Of a DNA stretch of 64,000 bases, positions 48,098 to 60,609 are shown piece after piece. Below the pieces are notes generated by a model, which was given only the letters and a program-made list of their open reading frames with translations, made no database searches and had not been told where the DNA came from. Each line of letters opens with the position of its first letter. The stretch's first letter is position 1. The position numbers were made by a program, and so were the translations under genes. Origin of the DNA: Sporopachydermia quercuum (lineage: Eukaryota); contig BCGN01000009.1 of assembly GCA_001599295.1 (NCBI GenBank), forward strand, positions 186,001-250,000, written 5' to 3'.

Positions 48098-49084
48098 AAA
48101 TGACCAAATATAAGTAAAGGATCCAACGAAGGTTTTTATGTAAAAACTAAGCAATCAAGCTGTTGAACCTGTAACTTATAGATGACTGTTGTTGTAGCCT
48201 TTGATGTAGAATAAACGATGAAAAGGTAGCAAGGGAAGAAGGGGAAGATGATTGTGACCACTTTTGCTTCACCTTTGTAATTGTTGAGATGCGCTTTTGA
48301 AATTTTCATAGCGGAGACAAAAGGTATTGTAATTTCCGGTCAGTACACTATTNATTGATTCCAGAATGGTCACGTGTCATTTAGATTATTTCCGGAATTT
48401 ATAGTATAGAGGAGAAATTGATTGAAATAAAAGTATCTGAATTCCAAGCAAAAGAAGTTAACCAAGGAGAGAAAACAAGTTGATATGATTAGCACTGTGT
48501 TTTAGAACTATTCCTTAACGTTTTATTGAAATGAAACGTTCCTTTCTATGATATTACTTGTTCTGATCTTCAGAGAATTCTACTAGGATGAAAAATTTGG
48601 AGATAATACTTGGGATCTCAGTTCATGACTTGATCTCTGTCTTGAGATGTGGAAACCAGTTTTTTTTTTTTTGAGTATATATGGCTTTGCATTATAAATC
48701 TTTGAAACCGAATACGAACATTCAAACATTTAAGCTACATTTATAATAGCTTTCTCTCAATAGTACTTTGAAAAGTCATGGACTTATACACAACCCCTTC
48801 GCCATCTATGTCGTATAAGAGGAATATCTGCAGACATACGCCCTAAGCTTCAGACATAATCTCCGGCATTTCTGTCCCATCCCTTTCTTCTTATCGCCTT
48901 TCTCTTCTTTTGATCATTCTCACTTTTTATTCTTACTCAATTGATCATCAAAATACCAGGTCCACCTTTACTGAATCACTGGGAACCTGCCGCTGAATCA
49001 ATTGGGACTGCGGAACACACCAGTGGAGTGACTGGTTAATTGCTATCCGTGCGTTGTTCGTATTCTGCCTATTCTCATCCTCAA

Positions 49085-52000
49085 ATGTCCCAAATTACAA
49101 AACTATCTATCCAAGGCATTCGGTCATTTGATCCAGAGCGTAGGGAAACTATAGCTTTTGGTGTTCCATTAACTTTGATAGTCGGTCAAAATGGATCCGG
49201 GAAAACTGTATGTTAGACCTTAAAGTTTTCTTTCTCCTCGATTTTTTTCTTCTTTATTGTTCTCTGTATTTGGTTACTATTCTCATACTAACCACACTAT
49301 TAGACANTTATTGAATGCTTGAAATACTCGACTACTGGAGACTTACCACCGAATTCAAAAGGAGGAGCTTTTGTTCATGATCCGAAAATTACAGGCGATA
49401 AAGATGTGAAAGCTCAAGTTAAACTTGCTTTCAAGAACATTAATGGTGTGCAGATGATTTGCTCTCGCTCTATGCAGCTTACTATGAAGAAGACAACACA
49501 GACATTCAAAACTCTGGAGGGTCAACTCCTAGCAATGAACCACGGAGAGCGTACGACTGTTAGTAGCAGAATCTCCGAATTAGATGCTCAAATTCCGTTA
49601 TATCTCGGAGTATCTAAAGCTGTGCTTGACTATGTCATCTTCTGCCATCAGGAAGATAGTCTATGGCCATTAGCAGAGCCTTCTGTTCTGAAAAAGAGAT
49701 TTGATGAAATATTTGAAGCTTTGAAGTTCACGAAAGCTCTGGAAAGTATCAAAAACATCCGGAAAGAGCTATCAACAGATTTGAAGCTCTTAGGTCAGTC
49801 AGTAGGACACTGTAAGATAGAGAAAGACAGAGCAAAGAAAACCGAGGAGAAGAAACAACAACTGGAAGAGGAAATATACAAATTTGAAGAGGAAATAGCG
49901 GATACCAAAGTTGCGTTAGACGAAGTAACAGAAGAATCCCGGAAACTGTTTGAAAGTCATCAGTACTTTCGAGACACGCTTACTAAGCTAGAATCATTTC
50001 AACATCGGAAGCAAATGTTGCAAGACCAAGTGGATAAACTCACGTTTACAATTAAGCTTTTAACTGAGCCTGAAGGAGCTTTAGAACGGAAATTAGCTAA
50101 TTTTGGATCAGAATTAAGCGAACGGAAGGCCCAAGTTGAGACGGGTCAATCGGAAATATTGCAGCTGACACAAGCGATAAAAGATCTCCGAAATGAATAC
50201 AATAAAGAGATTGGGAATCTAGAATCCACAAAGGCCAAAATAGACGGGTTCGTTGACTTACAAAAACGCCAAATTGGGCTGATAACGGAAAAGATAGCGG
50301 AGTTGAAGTTGGACATTGAGGAATCGGAAATAGTAAAAGCCCGTAATAACGGANATGATGACAATGATAATTATGAAAACCGGAGAAGATTGGTACAAAG
50401 TTTCCGCGATCAAATAGCTAAACTAAATGATCGAATAAATATGGAAAGAAGTCAGCAGTTGAGCCGAACAACCGAAAGCTTAAACTCAAAACGGGAGCAA
50501 TTGCGCAAGATACAAGCAGAAAAAGACGGAAAGTTCCAAAGGAGGGAATTACTTTTAGAGCAGATTTCCGCTTTCGACTCCGAATTACAGTCCTTAAAAG
50601 GGGAAACGGAAACTATAACGGTAGACGAGAATGATTTAGTATATTTAGAAACCGAATTAGAGGATTTGAAAGGAAAAGCGAAAAAGATTGATGAGGAGTT
50701 TGATTCTGCAGGATTATCGACTAAAATCACCCAATTAGGTAAAGAGATTCGAAAATTAGAGAATGAAGCGGAGGATATCGGAACGGAGTTTGCTGAAAGT
50801 AGTAGAGTAACGGAAGCAAGAGTCAAAATAGATTTTATCACCTCCGAACTTAACCTAAAACAGAAAAATGTTTCCTCTCTAGTTGATAAAAACTCCATCA
50901 AGTTCTGCGAAATTACCAAAATACCCCTGAAAGTAGAAACCTGTTCAGAACACCTTCACAATATTCGTTCCGAATGGGAGCAAAAGCTTGAAAACCTACG
51001 CCAATCATACAAAAGCGCTAGCAATGAAGCTTCCGATATCACCCGAGATTATCAATCCACAGTAAACAAACTTTCCGAATTTCAAACCGAACGGGAAAAA
51101 CTCGGGAAGAAGATCCTTAGCTTGCTTGATTCGGAATCAGAATACGAATCTCGGCTTGAAGAATCGGGAGAAAACTTCCGATTGGCTACACAGAATAAAG
51201 AGAATGCCTCATTTACTAAAGCTTATTTCACGTTCTCTATTGATTGTGCCGAGAGCAATAGTAAATGCTTACTATGTAATCGGAAATTTACTTCAGAAGC
51301 GGAAGTGAATAAATTTATATCCGAAATCCGGGGGAAGATCGAACGAGTTGCGGTCACTCCAGAGGAATTAGAAGCGGAATGGAATGAGATTCGAGAAGAG
51401 AAAGAAAGTTTGGTTGATTTGAAGCCTGATATTTCCCATTTTCGGCAATTAGAGCGGACCCTTATTCCTGATTTGGAAAGAGCCATTGTTGATCTGAACT
51501 CAAAGCGAGAATTCTCCGGTACTTTTGCCGAACAGTTATCTAAACAGGTGAATGATGCTAAATTACATGTTGAGGCAATTGAGACCCTGATTAAACCTAT
51601 TCAGGCAATTGATGGGCTAAATAGGGAAATAAATAACTTAAGACGGCAATTGGAACATTTACAAGCAGACGAAAACGGGAAAAGCAACGGGAACTCTAAC
51701 CAAGTTAGGTCGTTGTCGGAACTTCAAGACGCATTAACGGAAAAGAATAATCAGATTAAAAATAAACGACAACTGAGTCTCCAATTAGCCCAACAAAAGG
51801 AGAATCTGCAGAGACAGGTCCACAATATGTCTGCTCAAATTAAGGATAAAGAGTTAGTAATAAGCGAGTTACGTCACAGAATATCTCAAAAGAACCAACT
51901 TAGTGAAACCGTGGCGAGACAGAAGGCCCAGAGAGGAAATTTGCAGACACAAATTGGCGTTTTGGCCGAGGAAATTGAATCATTACTGCCTGACTTGGAA

Positions 52001-53176
52001 AACCTAGAAGTAGAAGTCGAAGAGGCGCAACAAGACTTAGAATTACTTGAAACGGAAAAGAATACTCAATTGGAAACTCTCAGAACGATTCTAAATTCCG
52101 TGGATCAAATAGAATCGGAAGTTCAATCGTTTGACAAAGCGGCTATCGATTCCGCTATTGCTTCAATTTCAGTCAAAACGGATAATATGCAAGCTGTCAT
52201 ATCCGAAAAGGAATCAGAAATAGAATCCATCCGAGAAGTCATCCATACTTCGGAGCAAGAAATAGCCGACTTCACTGGCGTCGAACGGAATATTCGAGAT
52301 AACTTAGAATTAATCAAACTTCGGAAAGAACTTTCTGAAATCCAATCCGAAATCCGGAAACTCGATATTCGAAATGCAGAAGCTCAAAAACTCCGGTACG
52401 AAGAAGAATCTTCCCGTCTACAAGAATTGTATTCCTCATTAACAAAGAAACATGCCGGAAAGCAGGGAGAAGTAAAACAATTGGATGATCAACTAAGAAA
52501 CGTTATTGCTGAGCTGGAAAACGAGTTTTCTAACGCTAATAAACGTTACCAACAAGAATACATCAAGCTTACTACTAAAACCAAAGCATTTGATGATTTA
52601 GCAAAATATAGTAAAGCTCTGGATAAAGCAATCATGCAGTTCCATTCTATGAAAATGAAGGAAATCAATGATATCGTTGATGAGCTATGGAAAAAGACAT
52701 ATTCCGGTACTGATGTTGATACTATTCTTATTAGATCTGATGCTAATAATGCTAATAGTAACAGTACTAGTACAACCAGCAATAGATCGTATAATTATAG
52801 AGTCTGTATGGTCAAACAAGATGTCGAGCTTGATATGAGAGGAAGATGCTCAGCTGGGCAGAAAGTTCTAGCATCTATTATAATTCGGTTGGCGCTAGCG
52901 GAATGCTTTGGCATCAATTGCGGTATGATAGCATTAGATGAACCGACGACTAATTTGGATGCCGAGAACATAGAATCTTTGGCTAAGAGTTTGGGAGCGA
53001 TCATTGAATTGAGACAAGCGCAGAAAAACTTCCAGTTGATAGTTATTACCCACGATGAACATTTTCTGTCTTTTATGAATGCAGCAGCGTATACGGATCA
53101 TTTCTACAGGGTCAGTCGTAATGAGAGACAAAAGAGTGAGATTGAGTTAGTAGCTATTTCGAAGGTAAGTGCTTGA
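49085..53176 (+). CDS. RAD50: MRX complex SMC-like ATPase Rad50; exons 49085-49207, 49304-53176
   Basis: [15 protein letters not shown] start; Walker [10 protein letters not shown] split by a GTATGT..TACTAAC..TAG intron; Q-loop [12 protein letters not shown]; zinc hook CLLC; signature CSAGQ; Walker B/D-loop [12 protein letters not shown]-loop ITHD. Confidence 0.97.
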
Positions 53177-55021
53177 GTTGAAAGATTATCGGTAGCAAGA
53201 GATGAATGGAGAATTGTGAAGATTGAATCTGAGTAGATGGATCAGGAAGACTGAGGGCTCACCGGACTGGAAGAACATTTGGTGCTGGAGAAGCAAGCAC
53301 TTTTCAAGATATTACATTGGTTCTAGAGGTTGGATATTAGTTCCGAAATTTGATCTTTTCGGGTTTAAATACCTTTCTTTTACTTTCTACTGCGGTTAGG
53401 TTTGTCATAGGGAAGGAGTTGTTGCTTGTATCTAGGAATAATAATGTGATTTTATCTAAATTATAAATGCGCCAATTCTAGATTTTTCTTGTAAATTTGA
53501 ATGTGTTTGTTCATGAAATAACTGACTCTCAGTAGTAATGTCTCAGGTTTGCTAATATAATTCCTGCAGGTTCTGCCGCAGAAAATTCTTTCTGAACTTA
53601 GAGTTGAGATTAGTGCATATTGCTGCTTACTGAAGGTACTTATTTCACCTCAAGTTTTGATCCATCTTATAAGCTTATCATCGGAGAATACTAAATAGTC
53701 TTTAAATAAATCCTACTTTGGACCAAAGTCTCATCTATACTAACACTTCCCATCGAAATCAATAAATATACTTCCTGCATCTATCCTGTGTCTATCCTGC
53801 ATAATCATGATCACAAACCCTAAATTAGAATTGTTCTTATTCCCTTTCCCAAACAGGCAAAACCTAACACATATAGTTCTTCTTCTGGAAGATTGTCTCT
53901 CCTGACAACTAAATCTTTCATGCAATCTCTTTAGAAATACCAACCAAGATGTCAAAATCTGCCCTCAAAAATGGATTGAACTACTGCGTTACTGATCGCA
54001 TTTTTGGCTGATCTTCCGCTGGTTTACTATTTTTCACCGTGAAGTTTGTAAATCTCTTTTGGTTCAATCCATATACCGAAGCATGTGATTCTGCAAGTTT
54101 GTGTAGGAGCCCTGTTTGTTTACAGTTGCAACTTTGAATTTGCTCTTGTTCTATTGTTTATTGCTATTGCTTTTGTACTTGAAGTAGTGTTTAATGAAAC
54201 GAATTGATATGATAACTAATGTATAGAGTAGACTGGAGACGATCAGATATAATTGTTTGAATTCAGTATTTTTGTTGTATTACTGAATTTATAAATATTA
54301 GTATAGGAAGAAGGAAACTGATGGTATGTATAGTGATTTGATTCCTTGTATGGTATGGACCGACAAGTGCTATCAGTTTATTGCTATTGAAAAGATGTCG
54401 TTGTTGTATACAAGAGCTGGCTACTTATCAGTTGATTGTGAATAATCGTTGGTACATTGAATTGTATGGATGGTCAATGGACCATTGATTCAGATCAAGC
54501 ATACTACATGGCCTAATAACCTACTCACAATATCTTGCGATGAAGCAATCGGAAAAAAATCATTTTGTAACAATTCTATAAGTTTAATTACTTTTGGATA
54601 AATTGGTGAATTGTAGATAAAAGATTNATTTGTCTTTTTATATCCAATTTTTCTTTTATACTTCCCTTCTCTTAGCCATTGGAAGAGAGAAGCGGCCGCT
54701 TTCTGTATCAAGTGACCATCAACTGATGAGCAAACGTTAACAGCTTTTATTGTACTGCTATTAGTGATACTGGAAAGATAGCAGAAAAAGAGAAGAAGAT
54801 CTAGCAGCAAGAACAATAGCAGTAAGAATAAAAGTGAGAGAATTTGCTGATTGTTACAATTTTCAAATGCTTTTTTTTGCCTGATTGATGGGTCCGACTG
54901 GAAGTTGTAAATGCTCCTATGTCAATTAGTTATTTCTGAGTATTCTTATACTAACGTTTCACCAGCTAAGTAGAGAAAATAATCAGAAGCATAGTAGTAG
55001 CTCAGATCCATTGAAATAAAG

Positions 55022-57724
55022 ATGAAGCTCAAAATACCGAAATTCGGGAAACAGAACTCGCATTCTCATGATGGGCATTCCGAAAAACAAAAACGGAACA
55101 TTCCAGACTCCAGTACTGAACCCAAAACTTCGGAAAAGTCGAAACAAGTAGTCAAAGAAACCCATCCAGTTGCGTCACCTACTCAAGCTTCTAGTCCCTC
55201 AGTCGACACATTATCAGAAGAGGTATCAGCTTTAGAATTTACGGAATCGGAAGAAAGCTCCGATGGAAACTCTACTCGGTTGGAAATGGATTCTGAAACT
55301 GAGACTGAAACAGAAATAGAAAATGACAGAATCAGTGGCGGGAGAAAATTGAATACTCCAGATGGAGCAGCTCTTGATTCTGAGTTATTGTCACCAATCA
55401 TTAGTATCAAGACCAATAAAAGCAGCAATATTGATGATCTAGAACGAATAAAGGCGGAGTCTATTATTGGTGGGTCTATTTATTCCGGCTCTGGAAACGA
55501 AATCCAAGATAATTACGAATTAGATACACCTGCGGGTTTCACTGATTCTAAGATCATTTCCCGTCCCAATGATGATACAACGGAAGCATTGGAGCCCGCG
55601 GAACCTTCTAAAAAGGTTTTTGAAAGCTCCGTTCCTAGTAAATCTAAACATACGGGAACTAAAAGCCAACGAATCTTCCAATTCTCTTTACCCTTGGCGC
55701 CGTTATCAAGTATTTCACCTTCCATTCCCACAATTCGCAGTTTTTCTAATTTGGGTAAATTTTTTGGTAATTCGGAAGACGAGCAGATCCGAGAAACAAT
55801 AAAACAGAAGCTCAAGCGCCAAGAATCAATGACATCTTTGGAAGAAGAACTTCTCTACTCAAATGTTCGGAATCAAGATAACGGAAGATTTCGGGCCGTC
55901 AAGAAGGCTTTCCTGTCCAAGCTTGAGTCATTACAAGCTATCCCACTGCCTACCATCGAGCTCTCTAGCTCTGATGCTCTGCGCATAAAAGAAACCACCA
56001 TCGCAGAACCATTTCCAGGACTATCCGGTGATATAGTGATTCTTGGCGGATACCGAGGTTCCATTCTTCGAAATAAAAGTACAGGCAAGCGGGTTTGGAT
56101 CCCTTTGAAAGCCGGTTTGAATCTACGAAAAATTGACCTGTTTGTTGGTTTGAAGGATGATGATGAATATGAAATGGAAGATTATATCTATCCATCAGGA
56201 ATGTTGACCCATATTGGACCAGTGGATATATCGAAGAGGTTGATCCGAAAGTTGGAGAAAAACGGGAAGACTCGGGTTCGGGATTTCGGGTATGATTGGA
56301 GGTTGTCCTGTGATATTAATAGTGAGAAGCTTATTAAATTCTTAAAAAATCTTCCGTGTAATAAACGGAGTGAAGGCAATAATGGTAGCAAACCTAAGGG
56401 AGCTATAGTAATTGCTCATAGTATGGGAGGACTAGTTGCACATCATGCAGTTCAAACAAATCCCGAACTATTCCGAGGTATCATTTATGTCGGTTCGCCA
56501 TCAAGCTGTCCTAATATATTAGGNCCATTAAGAGATGGTGATAGTATTATGCTGTCAACTAAGATACTTACCCCAGAGGTTAACTTTTCAATGAGAAGCT
56601 CTTTTGTATTCTTACCACTTGATGGGAAGTGTTTTGTTGATAGAAAGACAGGGAAAAGGTATGACATAGATTTTTTTGATGTTAAGAATTGGATTGAGTA
56701 TGGATTGAGTCCAGTTGTTGATATGAAGAGGAAAGAGAAGTTATTAAGGAGTGAAAAGGAAAGCGAAAAGCAGAAAATTAATAATGGTGATGCTGGTGAT
56801 AGTATAGCTAGTAGTATAGCTAGTACTGCGACAGTATCCACTGTTGTTTCTGACGGCAATCCTGATTCTAACGGCAGTGTTACTGTTACTGTTGATGCCA
56901 CTTCAAGTACCTTAGAAGCATCTAGTTTTAATAGAACTAATGGTAATATGACTGCTACCACTACTACTAGTACCACTACCACTTCTACTACTGTTTCTAC
57001 TGCCCCTACAATTACGACTAGTTCTCCAAAACAACATAATCGAACTTCTTCCGCCACTGTGGCTCCTCCTATTAGTACATCTTCATCATCAGATCATAGA
57101 AAGCTTCTCAACTTTGCATCTCGCAAGGGATCTTTGTCTTCTAATAATTCATCATCATCCATTTCTGGTTGTACTAAATCAACAAAACAATCAGAATCCT
57201 TACTGCAACAGTCGACATCTTTCATTAAATCATTGAACAATAATATCAGCATCACCAACATCAGTATTAATATACCAAATCCTCTAGAAGTAGACAGAGA
57301 GATTCCTTACGATGAAGCTGTCGAGTATCTTGATAGAACTCTTAAAAGAACAAAGAAGTTCTCACAGGAATTACGATNTAATGAAGAGAGAAAGGATCAA
57401 TATCCACCCATGGCTGTTATCTATGGGAATGATGTGCCAACATTAAGAGGAGCAAGAATAGATGGAATCCAGGGGTTATATGATGGTGATTATTCGGACT
57501 TTATATTCGCTCCGGGAGATGGTGTTGTGTATCATAGAACATTAATGCCTGAAGGTGCTGGTTTTGGCAAATGGGATGGAAACGGAGAGAATGGCAGTAA
57601 TCCAAGGGGTAAGATAGTTGCTAAAGTAGCAAGTAAAGAAGGACATATTGGATTATTGACGGATATAAGTGCTTTCCAAGTGGCTATTTCCAAACTGTTG
57701 GCAGCTGAAAAGTATGTTAAGTAA
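55022..57724 (+). CDS. Putative alpha/beta-hydrolase (LCAT/lipase-like), YJR098C-like
   Basis: IVILGGYRGSILR, RVWIP, FGYDWRLS, nucleophile elbow AHSMGG, GDGVV and GHIGLL, plus S/T-rich insertions. Convergent with JJJ3, like the S. cerevisiae YJR097W/YJR098C pair. Confidence 0.8.
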   Translation: MKLKIPKFGKQNSHSHDGHSEKQKRNIPDSSTEPKTSEKSKQVVKETHPVASPTQASSPSVDTLSEEVSALEFTESEESSDGNSTRLEMDSETETETEIENDRISGGRKLNTPDGAALDSELLSPIISIKTNKSSNIDDLERIKAESIIGGSIYSGSGNEIQDNYELDTPAGFTDSKIISRPNDDTTEALEPAEPSKKVFESSVPSKSKHTGTKSQRIFQFSLPLAPLSSISPSIPTIRSFSNLGKFFGNSEDEQIRETIKQKLKRQESMTSLEEELLYSNVRNQDNGRFRAVKKAFLSKLESLQAIPLPTIELSSSDALRIKETTIAEPFPGLSGDIVILGGYRGSILRNKSTGKRVWIPLKAGLNLRKIDLFVGLKDDDEYEMEDYIYPSGMLTHIGPVDISKRLIRKLEKNGKTRVRDFGYDWRLSCDINSEKLIKFLKNLPCNKRSEGNNGSKPKGAIVIAHSMGGLVAHHAVQTNPELFRGIIYVGSPSSCPNILXPLRDGDSIMLSTKILTPEVNFSMRSSFVFLPLDGKCFVDRKTGKRYDIDFFDVKNWIEYGLSPVVDMKRKEKLLRSEKESEKQKINNGDAGDSIASSIASTATVSTVVSDGNPDSNGSVTVTVDATSSTLEASSFNRTNGNMTATTTTSTTTTSTTVSTAPTITTSSPKQHNRTSSATVAPPISTSSSSDHRKLLNFASRKGSLSSNNSSSSISGCTKSTKQSESLLQQSTSFIKSLNNNISITNISINIPNPLEVDREIPYDEAVEYLDRTLKRTKKFSQELRXNEERKDQYPPMAVIYGNDVPTLRGARIDGIQGLYDGDYSDFIFAPGDGVVYHRTLMPEGAGFGKWDGNGENGSNPRGKIVAKVASKEGHIGLLTDISAFQVAISKLLAAEKYVK

Positions 57725-59703
57725 TGATCGCGAGAAATGTTATCAGCATTACTTTTGATATTGATAATGGTGTCTAGGTTTTTTTTGAGTGAAGGTGAAA
57801 ACTCATCGTGTTTACAAACTCATAGTGGTATCGGCGCAAGCTGATGTTCGGAGGAAAGTTCCTTCAATTCTCTGATGAACGTTTTCTGCAGCTGAAATCA
57901 TCATAAAACCTACAATGGGAAGATTAGNATATAACGACGAAGAATCCATTGAATTGGAAATGTGCATTACTTTTGCTACTTTTGCCGCTGCCGGAATTGG
58001 TATTATAACCAAGCATCGGAAGTTTCTGTAGATGCTGTCAAATTGAACTGCAATAGCTGGAAGGAGAAAGTNTCCTTTTCGAAGTTTAGGTATATATATA
58101 TACTGGGATAGTTACTCGCAGGGGTTTTCCCTTCCATGTTTTTTCGGGGCAAATTAATATTTGTAAGATAATATGATAATATGGGCAATATAAATAATGC
58201 CACGATATATTCATGAATTCACAATTCACAGTTAATAGTTATTAATAATTAATAATTAATATGGGAACTGCTTCTTCTATTTCTCCTTATTGATTTTCAT
58301 AAAAACAATAGTGTAAGTAGAGAAATATTAGAGGTAGTTTTGGTGTTGGTGTTAGTTATTGGATATAAATAAGTTGAGAGAAATGGTGATTGGTATTGAA
58401 TGTGTATGTAGGTATAGAAGAAGAACAGGTAAATGTTCTCATTGGAATACACCACATGTTACTATGAAAGCAAGAATCAGAAGGTTGGAAGTAGGTTTTT
58501 ATGATAAAGCTGCAAATTATGATAAATCAGACTCCTTATAATACCACGCAATAGAGCCGTACTAAATCAGGAACATCAGCAGCGTAGCGTACCATACGAT
58601 GATGCATCATAGAAACATTATATCATACTTCAACCATGCTTCGTTATCTCATGGTAAAGCAAGCTATAATAACCAAACAGTCAGGTCAATTGCAATTCCT
58701 AGAAATTACAGAGCATTTCCTATTCATTTAAAACTGCATCATTTAGGACTATCTATCTATCTGCCCTTTGGTTCTGCATTATCTTCACATCTCGCTTTCA
58801 TTTACGTAGTAACACTCACTTTATCTCCAATCGCTTTCATCATTAATAGTATCAATATCATCAATACCATTTATAGCAATACTGCTATCGTGGATAATGA
58901 CATATCATACATATGAAAAGAAAACAAGCAACAAAAAGAACGTACCATTGACAGTGATACTGTTACTACCATTATGATACGGCTGAAATAATAGTCCTGT
59001 TGATACTGACACCACTGATGGTAATTCTGCTACTGGACTGGCAATTTGATAACTTTCTCCAGGTGCTTCCTTCATTCACTTTCATATACTCATGTCTTCT
59101 TGTTAGTTATCAAACACATCAATTCGCTCATACTCATGGTGATGCTACAACCGAGTTCGCTGACATGGGATTCACAAGACAACAATATGAGTGAAAATTC
59201 AGACAGTTTATGGCAAAAAGAAAACCAGCAGGCTCCTTATCTCTAAAAGCTCTGGTAGGCTGTATGAACCCCACCAAAAGAAGTCTTACTGTAGAGCTAC
59301 CACTGCTTTATGCTTACTTTTTGAAACAGTACATCTACTTCGTTTAAACTATATCATAAACTAGTTAGAAGATATCATAATTTATTATCATCCAGTAAAT
59401 AAGAAGCAGCACCTTATTTGTTTCGTCCTGTTGGATTTAACAGTATAGGAAGCCCGTCATCAACTCTTATGTAGGAACACCAAAGCAATATACTGGAATC
59501 CTATATTTCACCAGCTTCCATGAATAACTAATGCAAGGTTGCTAAGAGTGAAGGCTCAATATCCCGAGATTATCTCAATTATTTGATCTATGACCTTATG
59601 TCTTATGACCTGTTGTTTGGATCTATGATCTCTTTAATAGCAATAAGAGTGCAGTTAATGTTTCTTCGTTTCTAGTTTCTTGACGCACAAATCCTCCTAA
59701 CTA

Positions 59704-60240
59704 TCATGTCACCTCTCCTTCTTCCTGAAAAAGAATCATTAACCATAAACTACAAGTTGAACACTGCACAGCTACTTCACCAGTTGCACTATGCTCAGAC
59801 AATTCATTCTCAGTAACAGAAAAAGCTTTCTTAACTTTACAACGAGGACAATCTTTACACCAAATATATTCATTTTCAAGGGAATCTTCATTTTCATTTG
59901 TAAACAGTTCTTCCATAAAATCACTTAGATCAACTGTATCCATACCATGGAGAACTATGTCATTGGTTCCTNTTTCCTCGTCATACCGCTTCTTGTATTC
60001 TTCATTATAGAGTACCTCAAACGCGTTCTGGATCAGTTGGACACTTTTATTAGATTCTGATCGACTTTCCCTGATGTTTGGCGATTTTTCCTCTAATTTA
60101 TTATGCTGGTGCTGTTGTTGCTGTTGTTTGTCTGGATGATGGAGTAGGAGAGCCCGCCTGTAGGCTTGTTTGATATCCTGTTTCGTCGGATTATCCAATT
60201 GTTCAAGACCTAAAACTTGGTAGAAATCAAGGGGGACCAT
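59704..60240 (-). CDS. JJJ3: Diphthamide biosynthesis J-protein Jjj3/Dph4
   Basis: J domain (DFYQVLGL, IKQAYRRALLLHHPDK) plus a CSL zinc finger (DCPRC...QCSTCSLW). Confidence 0.92.
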   Translation of the reverse strand: MVPLDFYQVLGLEQLDNPTKQDIKQAYRRALLLHHPDKQQQQQHQHNKLEEKSPNIRESRSESNKSVQLIQNAFEVLYNEEYKKRYDEEXGTNDIVLHGMDTVDLSDFMEELFTNENEDSLENEYIWCKDCPRCKVKKAFSVTENELSEHSATGEVAVQCSTCSLWLMILFQEEGEVT

Positions 60241-60597
60241 TGTTTTATAGAAACATGATTTTTTGGTGTTAATTCAGTTGTGATAATTCGGTTTTCTGAC
60301 CCCTTGTTGATGGTGATACCACCTACAGAGAAGATTGATTATCTTGGCCGATGAATAGGATTTCTAATTGTGACAGCGAAAATAATTGTCCACAAAATAT
60401 CATTGCAAGTACAACAAATACTACACAAATATATCGTAGTACAATAACGTAGAGAAGTAATCGCAAATATATCAAATTACTCAAATTTTTTTTTTTGCGA
60501 AACATTTATTAACTACAGCAATCTCCGTCACTCTGCACAGCACAATCCACAAAATTATCTTTACTATGAGGGTATCGTAGGGGGTGATTTCGAAGAC

Positions 60598-60609
60598 TGA
60601 AAATTTTCA
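60598..60609. promoter_or_regulatory. Palindromic RRPE element in the divergent JJJ3/RPA49 promoter
   Basis: TGAAAATTTTCA, with a second AAAAAATTTT near 60677. Both flanking genes are ribosome-biogenesis or translation related. Confidence 0.6.

Noticed and set aside
22200..49516. Alternative CUG decoding (Ser or Ala), as in several yeast clades
   Set aside because: CTG sits at conserved Leu positions: Sps19 IDAL (22200), Fol1 GILNATPDS (33968), Nrd1 IKKLT and Rad50 FKTLEGQ (49514). The standard code fits.
57725..59703. Short ORFs or an RNA gene in the 2-kb gap between the hydrolase gene and JJJ3
   Set aside because: I found no convincing coding signature, splice-consistent model or snoRNA box pair by eye. 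A covariance-model search would be needed to exclude an ncRNA.
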